NCBI RefSeq assembly: GCF_964194025.1
Contig: NC_134470.1
Span: forward strand, 16,740,001 to 16,804,000
Length of the DNA: 64,000 nt
Origin: Convolutriloba macropyga
Lineage: Eukaryota
Direction of reading: 5' to 3'
Program-made: the position numbers and the translations under genes
The notes under the pieces: model-generated
What the model was told of the DNA's origin: nothing
Database searches by the model: none
Seen by the model: the letters and a program-made list of their open reading frames with translations, nothing else
In this document: one piece after another, positions 62,907-64,000 of the stretch
Layout of the letters: each line of letters opens with the position of its first letter
Numbering within the stretch: the first letter of the stretch is position 1

Positions 62907-63792
62907 AAACATAGCCCGCCGATTGCCGGAATAGCTGCGAAAGAATAGACTTGCGTGCCACATAATAGAGATAGAAACAGATACAGATACAGGCCGAAAA
63001 AGGTATCGACGCCTCTCAAAAAGCCATGTAAAAAACATAATTATATATGTAATGAGCATAAATTAATAAAGCTTGTTAAAATTCATTGCGCAGAAGCCCT
63101 TTCATTAGGGACCTTTATTACACATATGAGTTCATTTGACCTTAATTTTATTCATATTAAACTTAAGTTTTAAAGTACCAAAGTCATTTTGTTGAGTGAG
63201 GTAAGTCACGTATGATCAAAATCTAATCACGCAAAAAAACTTGCTAGAGAGAGGGAGAGAGAAATGACGCCACGCGCGCAAAACCAGTTACTGAGAGGAA
63301 GAAGTCTTTCAGGAAATTTCAGCTTTGCTATGTGCACAGATGTAATACGAAAAAGAGTGTCAGCCTACGAAACAAAAAAACATAGCAGGACAAGTCCTGG
63401 CGTACAATTCAAAGAATTTTCATTGACTAAACAACAAAACTAAATCTAGAACGGACTATGAGTTAATTGGGAAAACCATTTCTAAAAAAATCGATAAAAA
63501 ACAAAAAAAAACGGCAAATCAATGTCCAAATGCCGCATGTAAACAAAAACCACTAGTGAGAAATCTCACGCCCCAAAACCACGCTCCATCCCAAAACCAC
63601 GCTCGCGTTTTCGCTCCATTTCCTGTTTCGGCGTGACCAAAATCACTACTCCAATTTCACTTCAAAAATCATGAAAATGTGTGAACAGATCTTAAAAAAA
63701 GACAGCGCCCCAAAACAATTCAAATTCTTTGAATTGTAAAAAACCAAGGACACCGCAATATGGCTCTGCTCAGCTTAGAGCTTCGCAGCTAC
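62907..63792. mobile_element. Apparently complete family-B Helentron-like element
   Basis: Subterminal IR tagctgcgaa / ttcgcagcta, terminal hairpin, shared core. Confidence 0.65.
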
Positions 63793-63983
63793 AAAAAAGA
63801 CAGCTCAAAAATACAATCCAAATCCTTTGGATTGTAAAAAAGGAGAGCGGCTAAATAATAGACGTTGAGAGGCTGAGGGCGGCTATTAACAATGATACCA
63901 ACTAATATAGGAACGAATCGTCTTTGTTGCAAGAGCGTCAATCATCGAAAATTTTGATCGAAAGCAGTGACGTCAATATTCAC

Positions 63984-64000
63984 CTGTTCACCCAACACCT
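63984..64000 (-). CDS. BRE1: 3' end of an upstream BRE1 exon, cut by the window edge
   Basis: (E)VLGEQ|gtgaat in phase 0; fits RNF20 ..EELADQ immediately before VLTLKTQV. Confidence 0.7.

Overview
AT-rich animal genomic DNA, not prokaryotic; the TE repertoire gives an unverified impression of an acoel-like invertebrate. The first 11.3 kb is gene-dense: a two-finger C2H2 ORF (-), an intronless SETD4-like methyltransferase (-), a 3-exon calmodulin-like EF-hand gene (+) whose two introns both appear to use GC donors, and an intronless DDX24/MAK5 helicase (-). About 14-44 kb is nested retroelement debris. It contains a reconstructable CR1-group LINE with three insertions and a complete Mag-clade Gypsy element (two LTRs, 5-bp TSD, tRNA-Ser-like PBS) inside another LINE. 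It also holds a 28S rRNA sarcin-ricin-loop fragment, a second decayed Gypsy with an internal duplication, and a Penelope-like element whose RT seems to carry a PHD finger between motifs B' and C. From 48.2 kb to the end lie the last five coding exons of a BRE1/RNF20-40 E3 ligase (-), all missed by the ORF track. Its introns are filled with Helentron-like non-autonomous repeats, a double palindrome and two candidate poison exons. A GGG-ended MITE family with 6-bp TSDs recurs and nests in itself. All assignments come from manual reading and motif recall; no searches were run.
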